A DNA stretch of 64,000 bases from Spirochaetia bacterium (GTDB lineage: Bacteria; Spirochaetota; Spirochaetia; SZUA-6; Bin103), in contig OZ241907.1 of assembly GCA_965203515.1 (NCBI GenBank), positions 1,856,001 through 1,920,000 on the forward strand, given 5' to 3'. Under the pieces are notes generated by a model, which was not told the DNA's origin, did no database searches, and saw only the letters and a list, made by a program, of their open reading frames with translations. Below are positions 29,325-38,547 of the stretch, one piece after another; position 1 is the stretch's first letter; every line of letters begins with the position of its first letter. Both the position numbers and the translations under genes were made by a program.

Positions 29325-30622
29325 GCGGCCGACCGGTACGGGAGAGCCCGGGCGATACGTCGTGGTTCGTGCGCGACCGCTTCGGCCTGTTCATCCACTG
29401 GGGGCTGTACGCGCTGCCGGCGCGGCACGAGTGGGTCAAGAACAAGGAGGAGATACCGGACGAGGTCTACCAGAGGTACTTCGACCGGTTCGATCCCGAC
29501 CTCTACGATCCCGGCGTCTGGGCCGATGCGGCGGCCGGCGCCGGCATGCGCTACTTCGTGGTCACCAGCAAGCATCACGAGGGATTCTGCCTGTGGGACA
29601 GCGCGCTCACCGACTACAAGGTCACCCGCACCCCGTACGGCCGGGACCTGCTGCGGCCCATGGTCGACGCCTTCCGTTCGCGCGGCATGCGGGTCGGCTT
29701 CTACCACTCGCTGATCGACTGGCATCACCCGCAATTCGTGATCGACGACATCCATCCGCAACGCAACCACCCGGACCGCGAAGCGATGAACCGCGCGCGC
29801 GATCAGAGCCGGTACGTCGAGTATCTGCACGGCCAGGTGCGCGAGCTGTTGACGCAGTTCGGTCAGCTCGACGTGCTGTGGTGCGACTTCAGCTACCCCG
29901 GCCGCGGCCGGGACGCCAAGGGCCGGGACGAGTGGGACAGCCCGCGCCTGTACCGCACCATCCGCGAGCTGCAGCCGCGCGTGCTCCTCAACGACCGCAT
30001 GGACCTGGACGACGGCTGGGACATCAAGACCCCGGAGCAGTGGCAGCCGCAGGGCTGGATCGAGGTCGACGGCGTGCCGGTCACCTGGGAGGCATGCCAG
30101 ACCTTTTCCGGCTCGTGGGGCTACCACCGTGACGAAGCCTCCTGGAAGAGCGTGGGCCAGTTGATCCGCATGCTGGCCGACACCGTCAGCAAGGGCGGCA
30201 ATCTGCTGCTCAACGTCGGGCCGACCGGCCGGGGCGAGTTGGACCACCGCGCGCTCGACCGGCTGCGCGGCATCGGCGCCTGGATGCGCCGCCACGGGCG
30301 GTCGATCTACGGCTGCACGCAGGCGCCGGCGGAGTTGGCGGTCCCGCAGGACTGCCGGCTCACCTGGAACCCGGACACGCGCCGGCTGTACGTCCACGTG
30401 TTCGCCTGGCCGTTCCGGCACCTCCACCTGCGCGGCTACCGCGGCAAGGTCGCCTACGCGCAGTTGCTGTCCGACGCGTCGGAGGTGGCGGTCACCGGCC
30501 TGCCGGACCATCAGGCGCGCATGGAGCGCGCGGGGCCGGACGACCTGGTGCTGGAGCTGCCGGTGCGGCAGCCGGACGCGCAGGTACCGGTGATCGAGCT
30601 CTTTCTGAACGGCGCCAGGTAG
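29321..30622 (+). CDS. Alpha-L-fucosidase, GH29
   Basis: RFGLFIHWG, TSKHHEGF, DWHHP, WEACQT..SWGY, SKGGNLLLNVGP; GTGA overlap. Confidence 0.93.
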   Translation: MSGRPVRESPGDTSWFVRDRFGLFIHWGLYALPARHEWVKNKEEIPDEVYQRYFDRFDPDLYDPGVWADAAAGAGMRYFVVTSKHHEGFCLWDSALTDYKVTRTPYGRDLLRPMVDAFRSRGMRVGFYHSLIDWHHPQFVIDDIHPQRNHPDREAMNRARDQSRYVEYLHGQVRELLTQFGQLDVLWCDFSYPGRGRDAKGRDEWDSPRLYRTIRELQPRVLLNDRMDLDDGWDIKTPEQWQPQGWIEVDGVPVTWEACQTFSGSWGYHRDEASWKSVGQLIRMLADTVSKGGNLLLNVGPTGRGELDHRALDRLRGIGAWMRRHGRSIYGCTQAPAELAVPQDCRLTWNPDTRRLYVHVFAWPFRHLHLRGYRGKVAYAQLLSDASEVAVTGLPDHQARMERAGPDDLVLELPVRQPDAQVPVIELFLNGAR

Positions 30623-30641
30623 CGCCGCCGGTACGCCCGCG

Positions 30642-32027
30642 GTGCGCCGCCTGCTCGTTCCGGCCGGCGCGGCCGGCATCGCGCTCCTGGCCGGCGCCTA
30701 TCTGCTGCTGGCGAACCGGCCGGCGCCTCCGTACGAGGGGCCGGTGGTCTCCTCGCGCCAACAGCTCTCGGACGTCGACGAGTCGGAGATCGTCGCCATG
30801 ACGCTGGCCCCGCGCGGCGGGCAGACGATCCGGCTGGAGCGTGAAGGCGCCGTGTGGCTGGTGCGGGAGCCGTACCCGTTCCGCTGGGACTGGCCGCGCC
30901 TGCAGGAGTTGCGCGCGAGCTTCGCCAGCCTGTTCGCGCAGCGGCTGGTGGTGGAGGACCCGGACGACCGCGCCCAGTACGGTCTGAGCCCGCCGGCGGT
31001 GGTCGCCAGCGCGCGCCTGGCGTCGGGCCGGACCTTCGAGTTCCACCTCGGCAGCCCCACCCCGTCGGGCGAAGCCTTCTTTCTCAGTTCGCGCGACGAC
31101 CGGGCGGTGTTCACCGTGCACGCCGTCCACGGCAAGCGGTTTTCGTGGACCGTGGCCGACCTGCGCGACCAGACCATACCGTCGCTGGCGGCCGACCGGA
31201 TCAACCGCATCTATTTCCGCGACGGCGATTACGAGGTGGAACTGGTCGCGGTCGGCGAGCAGCCGCGCTACGCGCATCTGCCCGGCTCGCGGATCATGCG
31301 CGTTCCCTACGTGGCCGCTGCCGACGAGGAGCGCTTTGCCGCGATCGCCCGCCGGGTGGCCGAGATGCCGGTCAGCGCCGCGGTCGCCGGCGGGAACGGC
31401 GGGGAGGCCGGCTTCGGACTCGACCCGCCGCGCGGCGAGCTGCGGGTCCGGGACTTCGAGGACGAGCTCCATCTGCTGCTCGGCGCGACCGCCGGCGAGC
31501 GGGTCTACGTCAAGATGCCGGGCGCCGCCGGCGTGCATACGGTCCCGGCCGCGGCGCTCGACTTCCTGACGCTGACCCCGTTCGAGCTCTCCGACCCGCA
31601 CGTGCTGGCCGTGCCGGAGGAGCGCCTGCAGGCGATCTCGCTGCGCGCCGGCGGCCGTGAACACCGGATCGATCTGCAGCGTGCCGCGGACGACCTGGGC
31701 GGCGAGCGGGTCACGCCGGTCCGCGCCGGCGATCCGCTCGACGGGGACGGCTATGCCGCCCTGGCGGCCGAGCTTGCGAACCTGGAGGTCGACGCACCGG
31801 CTCCCCTCGGCGGCCGCGGCCGGCCGGCCGGCGATCCGATGCTGACCGTCGTCTACCACCTGCGCGCCGCCGAGCGCGCGGCGGTCACGGCGCGGTTTCT
31901 CCCCTACGACCGGGACTTCCACCTGCTGGCGCTGGACGGCAGCATCGACCTGCTGGTCGACCGCCGCGCGGTCACCGCCCTGACGGAACGGATCGAGACG
32001 GCGCTCGGTGACCGACCGGGTGAGTAG
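30642..32027 (+). CDS. DUF4340 domain-containing membrane-anchored protein
   Basis: N-terminal TM; repeated YGLSPP/FGLDPP...LG..T....Y/F motifs. Confidence 0.75.
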   Translation: MRRLLVPAGAAGIALLAGAYLLLANRPAPPYEGPVVSSRQQLSDVDESEIVAMTLAPRGGQTIRLEREGAVWLVREPYPFRWDWPRLQELRASFASLFAQRLVVEDPDDRAQYGLSPPAVVASARLASGRTFEFHLGSPTPSGEAFFLSSRDDRAVFTVHAVHGKRFSWTVADLRDQTIPSLAADRINRIYFRDGDYEVELVAVGEQPRYAHLPGSRIMRVPYVAAADEERFAAIARRVAEMPVSAAVAGGNGGEAGFGLDPPRGELRVRDFEDELHLLLGATAGERVYVKMPGAAGVHTVPAAALDFLTLTPFELSDPHVLAVPEERLQAISLRAGGREHRIDLQRAADDLGGERVTPVRAGDPLDGDGYAALAAELANLEVDAPAPLGGRGRPAGDPMLTVVYHLRAAERAAVTARFLPYDRDFHLLALDGSIDLLVDRRAVTALTERIETALGDRPGE

Positions 32028-32676
32028 CGCGCCGCCGGCCGTCCGCTACCGGCGTTCGTACCTGGAGGCGCAGGCTCGGCGCGCGCTGCGCAGCCCGGCG
32101 GTGCGCGCGCTGGCGTTGTTGCTGTGGCTGGCGTCGGCGGCCGTGAGCACGGTCCTGCTGGTGCAGGCGGTCAACCATCTGGAGTGGTTGCGCGACTACA
32201 CGATGCGGGTGATCGGGGTCTCGTTCGCCGCGGCATTCCGCAACCGGTTCCTGTACGGCTTCGTCCTGCCGTTCGCCGCCGGCGGGCTGTGGCTGGCTGC
32301 GCTGATCGTGACGGCCAAGTATTACGAGTCGTACGGCCTGCGCACCGGTTGGTGGGGGCCATGGACGGCGACCACGCCGTTTCGCCGGCTGGCGCCGGGA
32401 TCGGGAGCTTCGGTGCTGATCGGCCGCTTCCTGTTCGTGCTGGGCCTGCAGGGCTGCGCCGGAGTCGTCATCCTGACCGCGCAGGCGGCGCTCTGGTCGG
32501 TTCCCGCCGGCGGTCTCGGCCGGCTGGTGGTCGTGGCCGGCGTCTACGCGGCGGCCGCCGGCGTTGGCTTCACGGCCGCGCGTCTGGTCCGCGCCCGGAT
32601 CGAGCATGCCCTGGCCGTCCGCGACGCCGCGTTCGCCCGCGGCGCCTTCGTCGGCCGGCGGCCGCGGGTCGGGTAG
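32008..32676 (+). CDS. Hypothetical membrane protein (about 4 TM)
   Basis: 222-aa ORF with hydrophobic segments, overlapping the DUF4340 stop. Confidence 0.6.
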   Translation: MTDRVSSAPPAVRYRRSYLEAQARRALRSPAVRALALLLWLASAAVSTVLLVQAVNHLEWLRDYTMRVIGVSFAAAFRNRFLYGFVLPFAAGGLWLAALIVTAKYYESYGLRTGWWGPWTATTPFRRLAPGSGASVLIGRFLFVLGLQGCAGVVILTAQAALWSVPAGGLGRLVVVAGVYAAAAGVGFTAARLVRARIEHALAVRDAAFARGAFVGRRPRVG

Positions 32677-33078
32677 AGAGTCTTCGGACTTGGTTGACGG
32701 CGACGGAGTAAGGACGTAAAGACTCATCAGGGTAACTCATGTCCCCCGAACTCATCGCCATCATCGCCGCAGCCGTCAGCATCGGCGGTCTCGTCACCGT
32801 CCAGATCAGGGCCGTGCGCGCCGATCTCGCAGCGCAAGTCGCCGGCGTGCGCGCCGATCTCGCGACGCAAGTCGCGGGTGTGCGCACCGATCTCGCGGCG
32901 GTCAACGCCAGCGTCCAGGCTCTCGACGGCCGCGTGCGGGCCGTCGAAAACGAGCTCGCCTACCTGCGCGGCCTCCTGCAGGGCGCCGGCGTCGGGCCAA
33001 TCCGGCAGCCGCAACAGCCGGAACCGCCGGCAGCCGACGAAGGGGCCGCCGCATGAGCGTGGAGGACTGGGTTCGACG
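32637..33078 (+). repeat. Diverged direct repeat, copy 1 (3' end of membrane gene + intergenic + small gene + tail)
   Basis: Aligns by eye with 33652-34027 from ccgcggcgccttc through gcatgagcgtggaggactgg. Confidence 0.9.
32739..33056 (+). CDS. Small protein, N-terminal TM plus coiled coil with 11-aa repeats
   Basis: MSPELIAII TM, VRADLAAQVAG-like unit x3; paralog at 33766. Confidence 0.75.
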   Translation: MSPELIAIIAAAVSIGGLVTVQIRAVRADLAAQVAGVRADLATQVAGVRTDLAAVNASVQALDGRVRAVENELAYLRGLLQGAGVGPIRQPQQPEPPAADEGAAA

Positions 33079-33129
33079 GTCAGATCACTGAATATGCTGC
33101 CTTGATCTTGATCTTGATCTGATATCTGA

Positions 33130-33650
33130 TCATCGGTTTCCGCTTTCGGCAGTGAGGCTGAACGGGACCGGCGCCTGACGATCCTCGCCGAGGCGGCCGA
33201 GTCTGGCGCCTGCGTGGCGGTGGCGGTGATGCGCGGCGCACAGCAGCCGGAGATTGTTCGGCTCGGCGGCGCCGCCGCGGGCGTACGGCACGACGTGGTC
33301 GATCTGCAGCAGGTGTTGCGAGCCGCAACGGCGCCCGCTGGTGCGATCCACGTAGCTGCAGCGGCCCCGGTCGCGCCGCCAGACCGCGCGCTTGACCGCC
33401 GCCGGGATGGCGCGGCCGGTCCCGCCGCCCACCTTCGCTGCCGAAGTTTCGGTCCGCGGCGGCGCCGCCGTCCGCTTCGCGCACGCCGCAGCCGGCCGGC
33501 CGAGGCGCCGCAGTGGTGCCGCCCGCCGGCTTCGCTGCCGAAGTGTCCGGGCGGTCCGGGACGCGGTCCGCCTTCAGCGGCGCAACGTCTTCGCCTCCCG
33601 GCTGCGCCGCCGCCTGAGCCGATACCTTCGCCGCCGAAGGAGTCCCATGG
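33130..33650 (-). pseudogene. HNH endonuclease remnant (5' truncated, frameshifted)
   Basis: RAIPAAVKRAVWRRDRGRC...C...LQIDHVVPYARGG...NNLRLLCAAHH; upstream TSAAK-type linker repeats lie in another frame. Confidence 0.75.
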
Positions 33651-33651
33651 G

Positions 33652-34027
33652 CCGCGGCGCCTTCATTGGCCGGCCGCCCGCGGGTCGGGTAGACCTTTGC
33701 CGGCGGCGAGCCTTCGGACCCGGTTGACGGACGATGCAGTAAAGACGTAGAGACTCAGTTAACCGATGTCCCCCGAACTCATCGCCATCATCGCCGCCAC
33801 CGTCACCCTTGGCGGCCTCGTCACCGTCCAGTTTGCCGGCGTTCGTGCCAGCATCTCCGCTCTCGACGGCCGCTTGCGGGCCGTCGAGACCGAGCTCGCC
33901 TATCTGCGCGGGCTCATGCAGGGCGCCGGCGTCGGGCCAATCCGGCAGCCAGAACAACCGCAACAACCGGAACCGCCGGCAGTCGACGAAGGGGCCGCAG
34001 CATGAGCGTGGAGGACTGGATGCGACG
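33652..34027 (+). repeat. Diverged direct repeat, copy 2
   Basis: See copy 1. Confidence 0.9.
33766..34005 (+). CDS. Small TM/coiled-coil protein, shorter paralog of 32739-33056
   Basis: Same N- and C-termini; lacks the 11-aa repeat block; frame preserved. Confidence 0.72.
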   Translation: MSPELIAIIAATVTLGGLVTVQFAGVRASISALDGRLRAVETELAYLRGLMQGAGVGPIRQPEQPQQPEPPAVDEGAAA

Positions 34028-34071
34028 ATATGAGGGGGGCGCGTTGAAGAGTCTCGTGGCGAGATAGCGGC

Positions 34072-35121
34072 ATGGAAGGGGAAGGGCTCAAGGGCTACTA
34101 TCGCCGGCTGCGCGCGGGTACGGACGAGGAGCGGCGCAAGGTCGTGGTGTTGCTGTTCGCGGTGGTCGCCCTGGCGGCGTTCATCGGCGTGTCGATCAGC
34201 TCGCTCAGCGGCTTGAGCGCCGACGACGGCGGCACGGTGCGGATGCTGCTGGTGCCGCGGCTCGGCCCCGCGGCGTCGGAGGTCGGCGGCTTCATCCTGC
34301 TCGGCTTGGCCGTGGTCGCCGGCGGCCTCACCTTCGCCTACCTGCAGGAGCGCATCCGCCGCCAGGCAGAGGCGGAGCGCGGCCTGCAGCGCTTCCGCAT
34401 CCCGCGGGCGGTCGTCATGTTCGTCACCGCTCCGCTGGTGGTGGCCGCGCTGTTCGTGGTGTTCCTGTCGATCGTCAGCCAGAGTCGGCAGGACAGTCTG
34501 AGCTACGCGGAGCGGCTCACCGCCGAGCTGGAAGAGGTCGACCGGCAGGCCGAGCGCGGCGAGCTGCCGTCGATCGAGGAGATCGAACGCCGGCAGCTCG
34601 CGCGGCAGCGCCGGCCGTTCTTTCTGCTCGGGGCGATCGTCGCGCTGTTCGCGGCGGTGGCGATCTTCGGGGGACGGCTGCTGCGCGAAGCGCCCGAGGC
34701 GCTCGACGACTCGTCGCCGATCACCGAGGAGCTGAAACGCGATCTGGCGCGCGCTACGGGGCTCGCCATCGACGACATCGCCGCCGAACCGGACCACCGG
34801 CGCGCGGTCGAGATGTGCTATGCCCGCGTGGGGGAGGTGCTCGACGTTCACGGGTTCCCGCACCCGCTGCACCAGACGCCGATGGAGTACATGCACGGCG
34901 TGCTGGATGCCGGTCCCGGGCTACCGGCCCGCGAGCTGTTGGAGCTTACCGGGCTGTTCGAGGTGGCGAAGTTCTCCACGCACCACATCGATCCCGACCG
35001 GCGCGACCACGCGGTCGACCTGCTGCGCTCGATCCATCGCTTCCTGCTCGCCCAGCTCGCCGAGACGGAAGGCGAGGCGGCGCCGTCGCGCGCGGGGGCG
35101 CCGTCCCGGCATGGCGGCTGA
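34072..35121 (+). CDS. DUF4129-like domain membrane protein
   Basis: 4 TM then RRAVEMCYAR...QTPMEY...LTGLFEVAKFSTH. Confidence 0.75.
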   Translation: MEGEGLKGYYRRLRAGTDEERRKVVVLLFAVVALAAFIGVSISSLSGLSADDGGTVRMLLVPRLGPAASEVGGFILLGLAVVAGGLTFAYLQERIRRQAEAERGLQRFRIPRAVVMFVTAPLVVAALFVVFLSIVSQSRQDSLSYAERLTAELEEVDRQAERGELPSIEEIERRQLARQRRPFFLLGAIVALFAAVAIFGGRLLREAPEALDDSSPITEELKRDLARATGLAIDDIAAEPDHRRAVEMCYARVGEVLDVHGFPHPLHQTPMEYMHGVLDAGPGLPARELLELTGLFEVAKFSTHHIDPDRRDHAVDLLRSIHRFLLAQLAETEGEAAPSRAGAPSRHGG

Positions 35122-36682
35122 ACCGCAGGCCGCGGCGGCGGCGCCGGATTACGCCCAGGGCGAGGCGGCGGCGATCGCCCGCGATCTGTCCACGCAGGAG
35201 TGGGTGCCGTTCATCGACTGGTCGCAGACCTTCCCCGGCAACCGCGGCGTCGACCGCCGCGGCCGCTACGAGCTGTACGACGCGCCGGTCGGCGTGCGCA
35301 TTCGCATCGAGGAAGCGGACAAGAGCGATCCGGTGCTCACCGCCAACGACCGCTGGGAAGGGGAGGGCAACATGGTGCCGCTGCGGGTCTGGCAGGACGG
35401 TGGCGCCTACCGGATGCTCTACGGCGCCTACCCGCATCGCCGCGACAACCGGAGCCCCGGTCTGGGCGGCGGCCACCACCTGTGCTATGCGGAGAGCCGC
35501 GACGGCTACCGCTGGGAGCGACCGGCGCTGGGACAGGTCGAGTGGCAGGGCTCGCGCGCCAACAACATCATCGCCGACGCCCCCACCGGCACGCCGTTCG
35601 AGGACCCGCAGGGTACGCCGGAGGAGCGCTTCAAGGCGATCGGTCAGGTAGGCGCCAGCTTCGATCCCGACACCGGCCAGGAGCTCGACGTGGCGGAGGC
35701 GTACCGCCGCTGGCGGCGGCAGGAGTACGAGGGGAGCGCCTACGACGGCCCGCGCGCCGAGTCCCGACACTGGGTGGAGGGATGGACCTCGCCCGACGGG
35801 GTGACGTGGCGGTCGGTGGGCCGCGTCGGCGACATGAGTTCCGACGGCGGCAGCGCCGCGCAGTACGACCCGGAGAGCGGCGGCTACTACGCCTACATCC
35901 GCGTCGGCGGCGCGGGCCGGCGCGCCACCGGGTTGACCCGCACCGACGACTTCTGGCGCTGGCCCCCGGCCTCCCTGGTCCTGGCGCCCGACCCGCAGGA
36001 CGATCCCGACCTCTCCTTCTACGGCTGCTCCTACTTCCGCTATCCCGGCAACCCGGAGCTGCACTGCGCGTTCGTGGAGACCTACCATCAGATCGGCGAC
36101 TACAACGACGCGCAGATCGCCTTCAGCCGCGACATGACCCACTGGTTCCGGCCGGACCGCCGCTCGATCATTCCGTGCGGGCCGCCCGGCAGCCCCGATT
36201 CCGGCGGCGCGCGGCCGTGGGGCGGACTGATCGTGCTGCCCGACGGCCGCTGGGCGACCATGTACCGCGGTCACGTCGGCCTGCACAACTACCGCGCGGC
36301 GGAGCCCGCCATCCCGCATCGCCCCGGCGTGCTGCAGCTCGCCCGCTGGCTGCCGCACCGCTTCTGCGGCGTGGAGGCCGCGATGGAGGGCCGGTTCACC
36401 ATTCCCACGGTCCGGCGCAGCCGCGGCGCGTTGCGCCTCAACTACCGCTGCCGGCCCGGCGGCCACGTGGTGGCGGAGTTGATCGAGGGGGTGCCGTCGC
36501 GCATCCATCCGGACGCCGACCCGATCCCCGGCTACCGCTTCGCGGACTGCGATCCGTTGAGCGGCGATCACCTCGACCGGGCGGTGTCATGGCGCGGCAG
36601 CACCGACCTGAACGCCGCCGGCGACCGCATCGCGGTGCGGCTGCGGATGTTCCAGGCCAAGGTCTTCGCGTACTCGGTCTGA
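35111..36682 (+). CDS. Hypothetical protein, predicted beta-propeller glycoside-hydrolase-like (paralog of 19152-20705)
   Basis: CYAESRDGYRWERP.LG, FEDP..PEERFK, WTSPDG, QIAFSRD, RLRMFQAKVFAY. Confidence 0.72.
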   Translation: MAAEPQAAAAAPDYAQGEAAAIARDLSTQEWVPFIDWSQTFPGNRGVDRRGRYELYDAPVGVRIRIEEADKSDPVLTANDRWEGEGNMVPLRVWQDGGAYRMLYGAYPHRRDNRSPGLGGGHHLCYAESRDGYRWERPALGQVEWQGSRANNIIADAPTGTPFEDPQGTPEERFKAIGQVGASFDPDTGQELDVAEAYRRWRRQEYEGSAYDGPRAESRHWVEGWTSPDGVTWRSVGRVGDMSSDGGSAAQYDPESGGYYAYIRVGGAGRRATGLTRTDDFWRWPPASLVLAPDPQDDPDLSFYGCSYFRYPGNPELHCAFVETYHQIGDYNDAQIAFSRDMTHWFRPDRRSIIPCGPPGSPDSGGARPWGGLIVLPDGRWATMYRGHVGLHNYRAAEPAIPHRPGVLQLARWLPHRFCGVEAAMEGRFTIPTVRRSRGALRLNYRCRPGGHVVAELIEGVPSRIHPDADPIPGYRFADCDPLSGDHLDRAVSWRGSTDLNAAGDRIAVRLRMFQAKVFAYSV

Positions 36683-36874
36683 CCGCGCCGTATCCCGGAT
36701 CTCGGCTCCGGACGGGAAGCCGCCCGATGACGGCGATGCGGCACTTGCACACCGCTTGCCGGATGTGGTATGGGTTCTTGACGCTGGCGATTCGCAGCTG
36801 CTTCCGTCTGACGTCACCGAGGTAGAATCAGTCCCCCCCTCCCAAACCCCGTGCCGTTCCCGTAATCGATTTGA

Positions 36875-36978
36875 TCGGCGGCGATCTCCCGGTAGCGGCT
36901 TCCGGTCGGGGCGGCGGTGCAAGCCCTGCCCTCCGGCCAGTAGACCTCCACTCGGTCGGCGCGGGCGGCGTTGCCGAG
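36875..36978 (-). repeat. Degenerate duplicate of the 3' end of the permease-ASPIC gene (38555-38715)
   Basis: 104 nt matching with 5 substitutions and one 57-nt deletion. Confidence 0.92.
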
Positions 36979-37022
36979 AAGTCTTGGCAGGAGCCGCTAC
37001 ACGTGCTATCTTCCATTTACCA

Positions 37023-38486
37023 ATGGGACACACGTGGGACTTCATCCGTGACTATGAGACGGAGCCGGCTCAGCTCGCCCAAGGGCACCTGAAACATCTG
37101 GCTGATGTATGGCAGGAACAACGCCAGCGGCTGGAGAAGCAGGATGCATTCATCCAGTTCAATCAGAGATTGCTTCGAGAGTGGTCCATAGAAACCGGTC
37201 TGATCGAGCGTCTGTACGTGCTCGACCGCGGCGTCACACAACTGCTGATCGACCGAGGAATAGATGCGGCTCTGATCCCGCACGGAGACGGCCAGCATCC
37301 GGCGTCGGTGGCCGCCATGATCAAAGATCACCAGGCGGCGGTAGAGGGCGTCTTCAGATTCGTGAAGAATGAGCGGCCGCTTTCCACGAGCTACGTCAAG
37401 GAGATGCACGCTGTCATCACCCGCAACCAGCAAGGGACGGACGCGGTAGATGCCCAGGGCCGGATATCCCAAGTCCCTTTGATTCACGGCGACTACAAGA
37501 AATGGCCCAATAATCCCAGCCGGCCCGACGGCTCCGTTCATCATTATTGTCCACCTGAGCACGTTGCGGCCGAAATGGATCGGCTCATCGAACTACACTG
37601 CAGCCATGTGAACACTGCGCCCGAAGTCGAAGCTGCGTGGCTGCATCATCGATTCGCACAGATCCACCCGTTTCAGGACGGCAACGGTCGTGTCGCCCGC
37701 GCGCTCGCCACCTTGATCTTCGTAAAGTCCGGGTGGTTCCCTTTGGTGGTACGGAACAAAGACCGTGAACGGTACGTGGATGCCCTGGAGTCAGCCGATA
37801 ACGGCGATCTTGGCGAACTGGTCCGGTATTTTGCCAGCCTGCAGCAGGACGAGTTCGTCAATGCTCTCACCATCGCTCGGGACGTTCTGCGATCCGTCCG
37901 TGCGGAGCAAGCGATCGAAGCCGTGCGCCGCCAGTTGCAACGACGCCGCGACTCCATGGTGAAGGAGTGGGGAAAAGCCCGCACCGCCGCGGGAGAACTC
38001 CGCGAGACCGCCCAGAACCGTTTGCAGGAGGTATGCGACGGACTGCAACGAGAAATGCAGTCTCTGCTCGGGAACGCTGCCTTCTTCGTGGATGGCGATA
38101 CCGACCACGGAGAGAAGAGTCACTACTTCGGCCGGCAGATCGTAGAGGCTGCAAAGCAGATTGGCTACTATGCCAACCGTGAGACCTACCGATCATGGGC
38201 AAGATTGGTGATGGAGAACGGGGACGCCACCGACCGCACGGAACTCCTGGTCTCCTTTCATGGTCTTGGTTGGGAATTCCAGGGCGTCCTCGCCTGTTCG
38301 GCGGTCTGCTTTCAGCGCAGTGAAACCGATGGTGGAGAACGTCAACTCACCGCCGGCGAACCGGTGTCGGACGGGATGTTTCAGATAAACTACAAGGAAC
38401 CGATCGAAGAGGCCAGAAGGCGATTCCTCGTCTGGTTGGAACCTGGCATAGTCCGCGCAGTGGAGATCTGGCAAGAGACGCTGTGA
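37023..38486 (+). CDS. Fic family protein
   Basis: Canonical HPFQDGNGRVAR; visibly lower GC than flanks; start at ATG 37023. Confidence 0.92.
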   Translation: MGHTWDFIRDYETEPAQLAQGHLKHLADVWQEQRQRLEKQDAFIQFNQRLLREWSIETGLIERLYVLDRGVTQLLIDRGIDAALIPHGDGQHPASVAAMIKDHQAAVEGVFRFVKNERPLSTSYVKEMHAVITRNQQGTDAVDAQGRISQVPLIHGDYKKWPNNPSRPDGSVHHYCPPEHVAAEMDRLIELHCSHVNTAPEVEAAWLHHRFAQIHPFQDGNGRVARALATLIFVKSGWFPLVVRNKDRERYVDALESADNGDLGELVRYFASLQQDEFVNALTIARDVLRSVRAEQAIEAVRRQLQRRRDSMVKEWGKARTAAGELRETAQNRLQEVCDGLQREMQSLLGNAAFFVDGDTDHGEKSHYFGRQIVEAAKQIGYYANRETYRSWARLVMENGDATDRTELLVSFHGLGWEFQGVLACSAVCFQRSETDGGERQLTAGEPVSDGMFQINYKEPIEEARRRFLVWLEPGIVRAVEIWQETL

Positions 38487-38547
38487 CCGCTGCCAGCGGC
38501 CTTTTGTCGCCGTGATCGCGGCCGGCCGGGCGACGGCTCCGGGACGA

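Noticed and set aside
33060..33090. GGTTCGA resembling a tRNA T-loop or att site
   Set aside because: Flanking bases do not form a T-stem and no cloverleaf can be built.
36683..36874. Lower-GC intergenic stretch as an ncRNA or gene remnant
   Set aside because: No recognisable peptide or convincing structure by eye; left unannotated.
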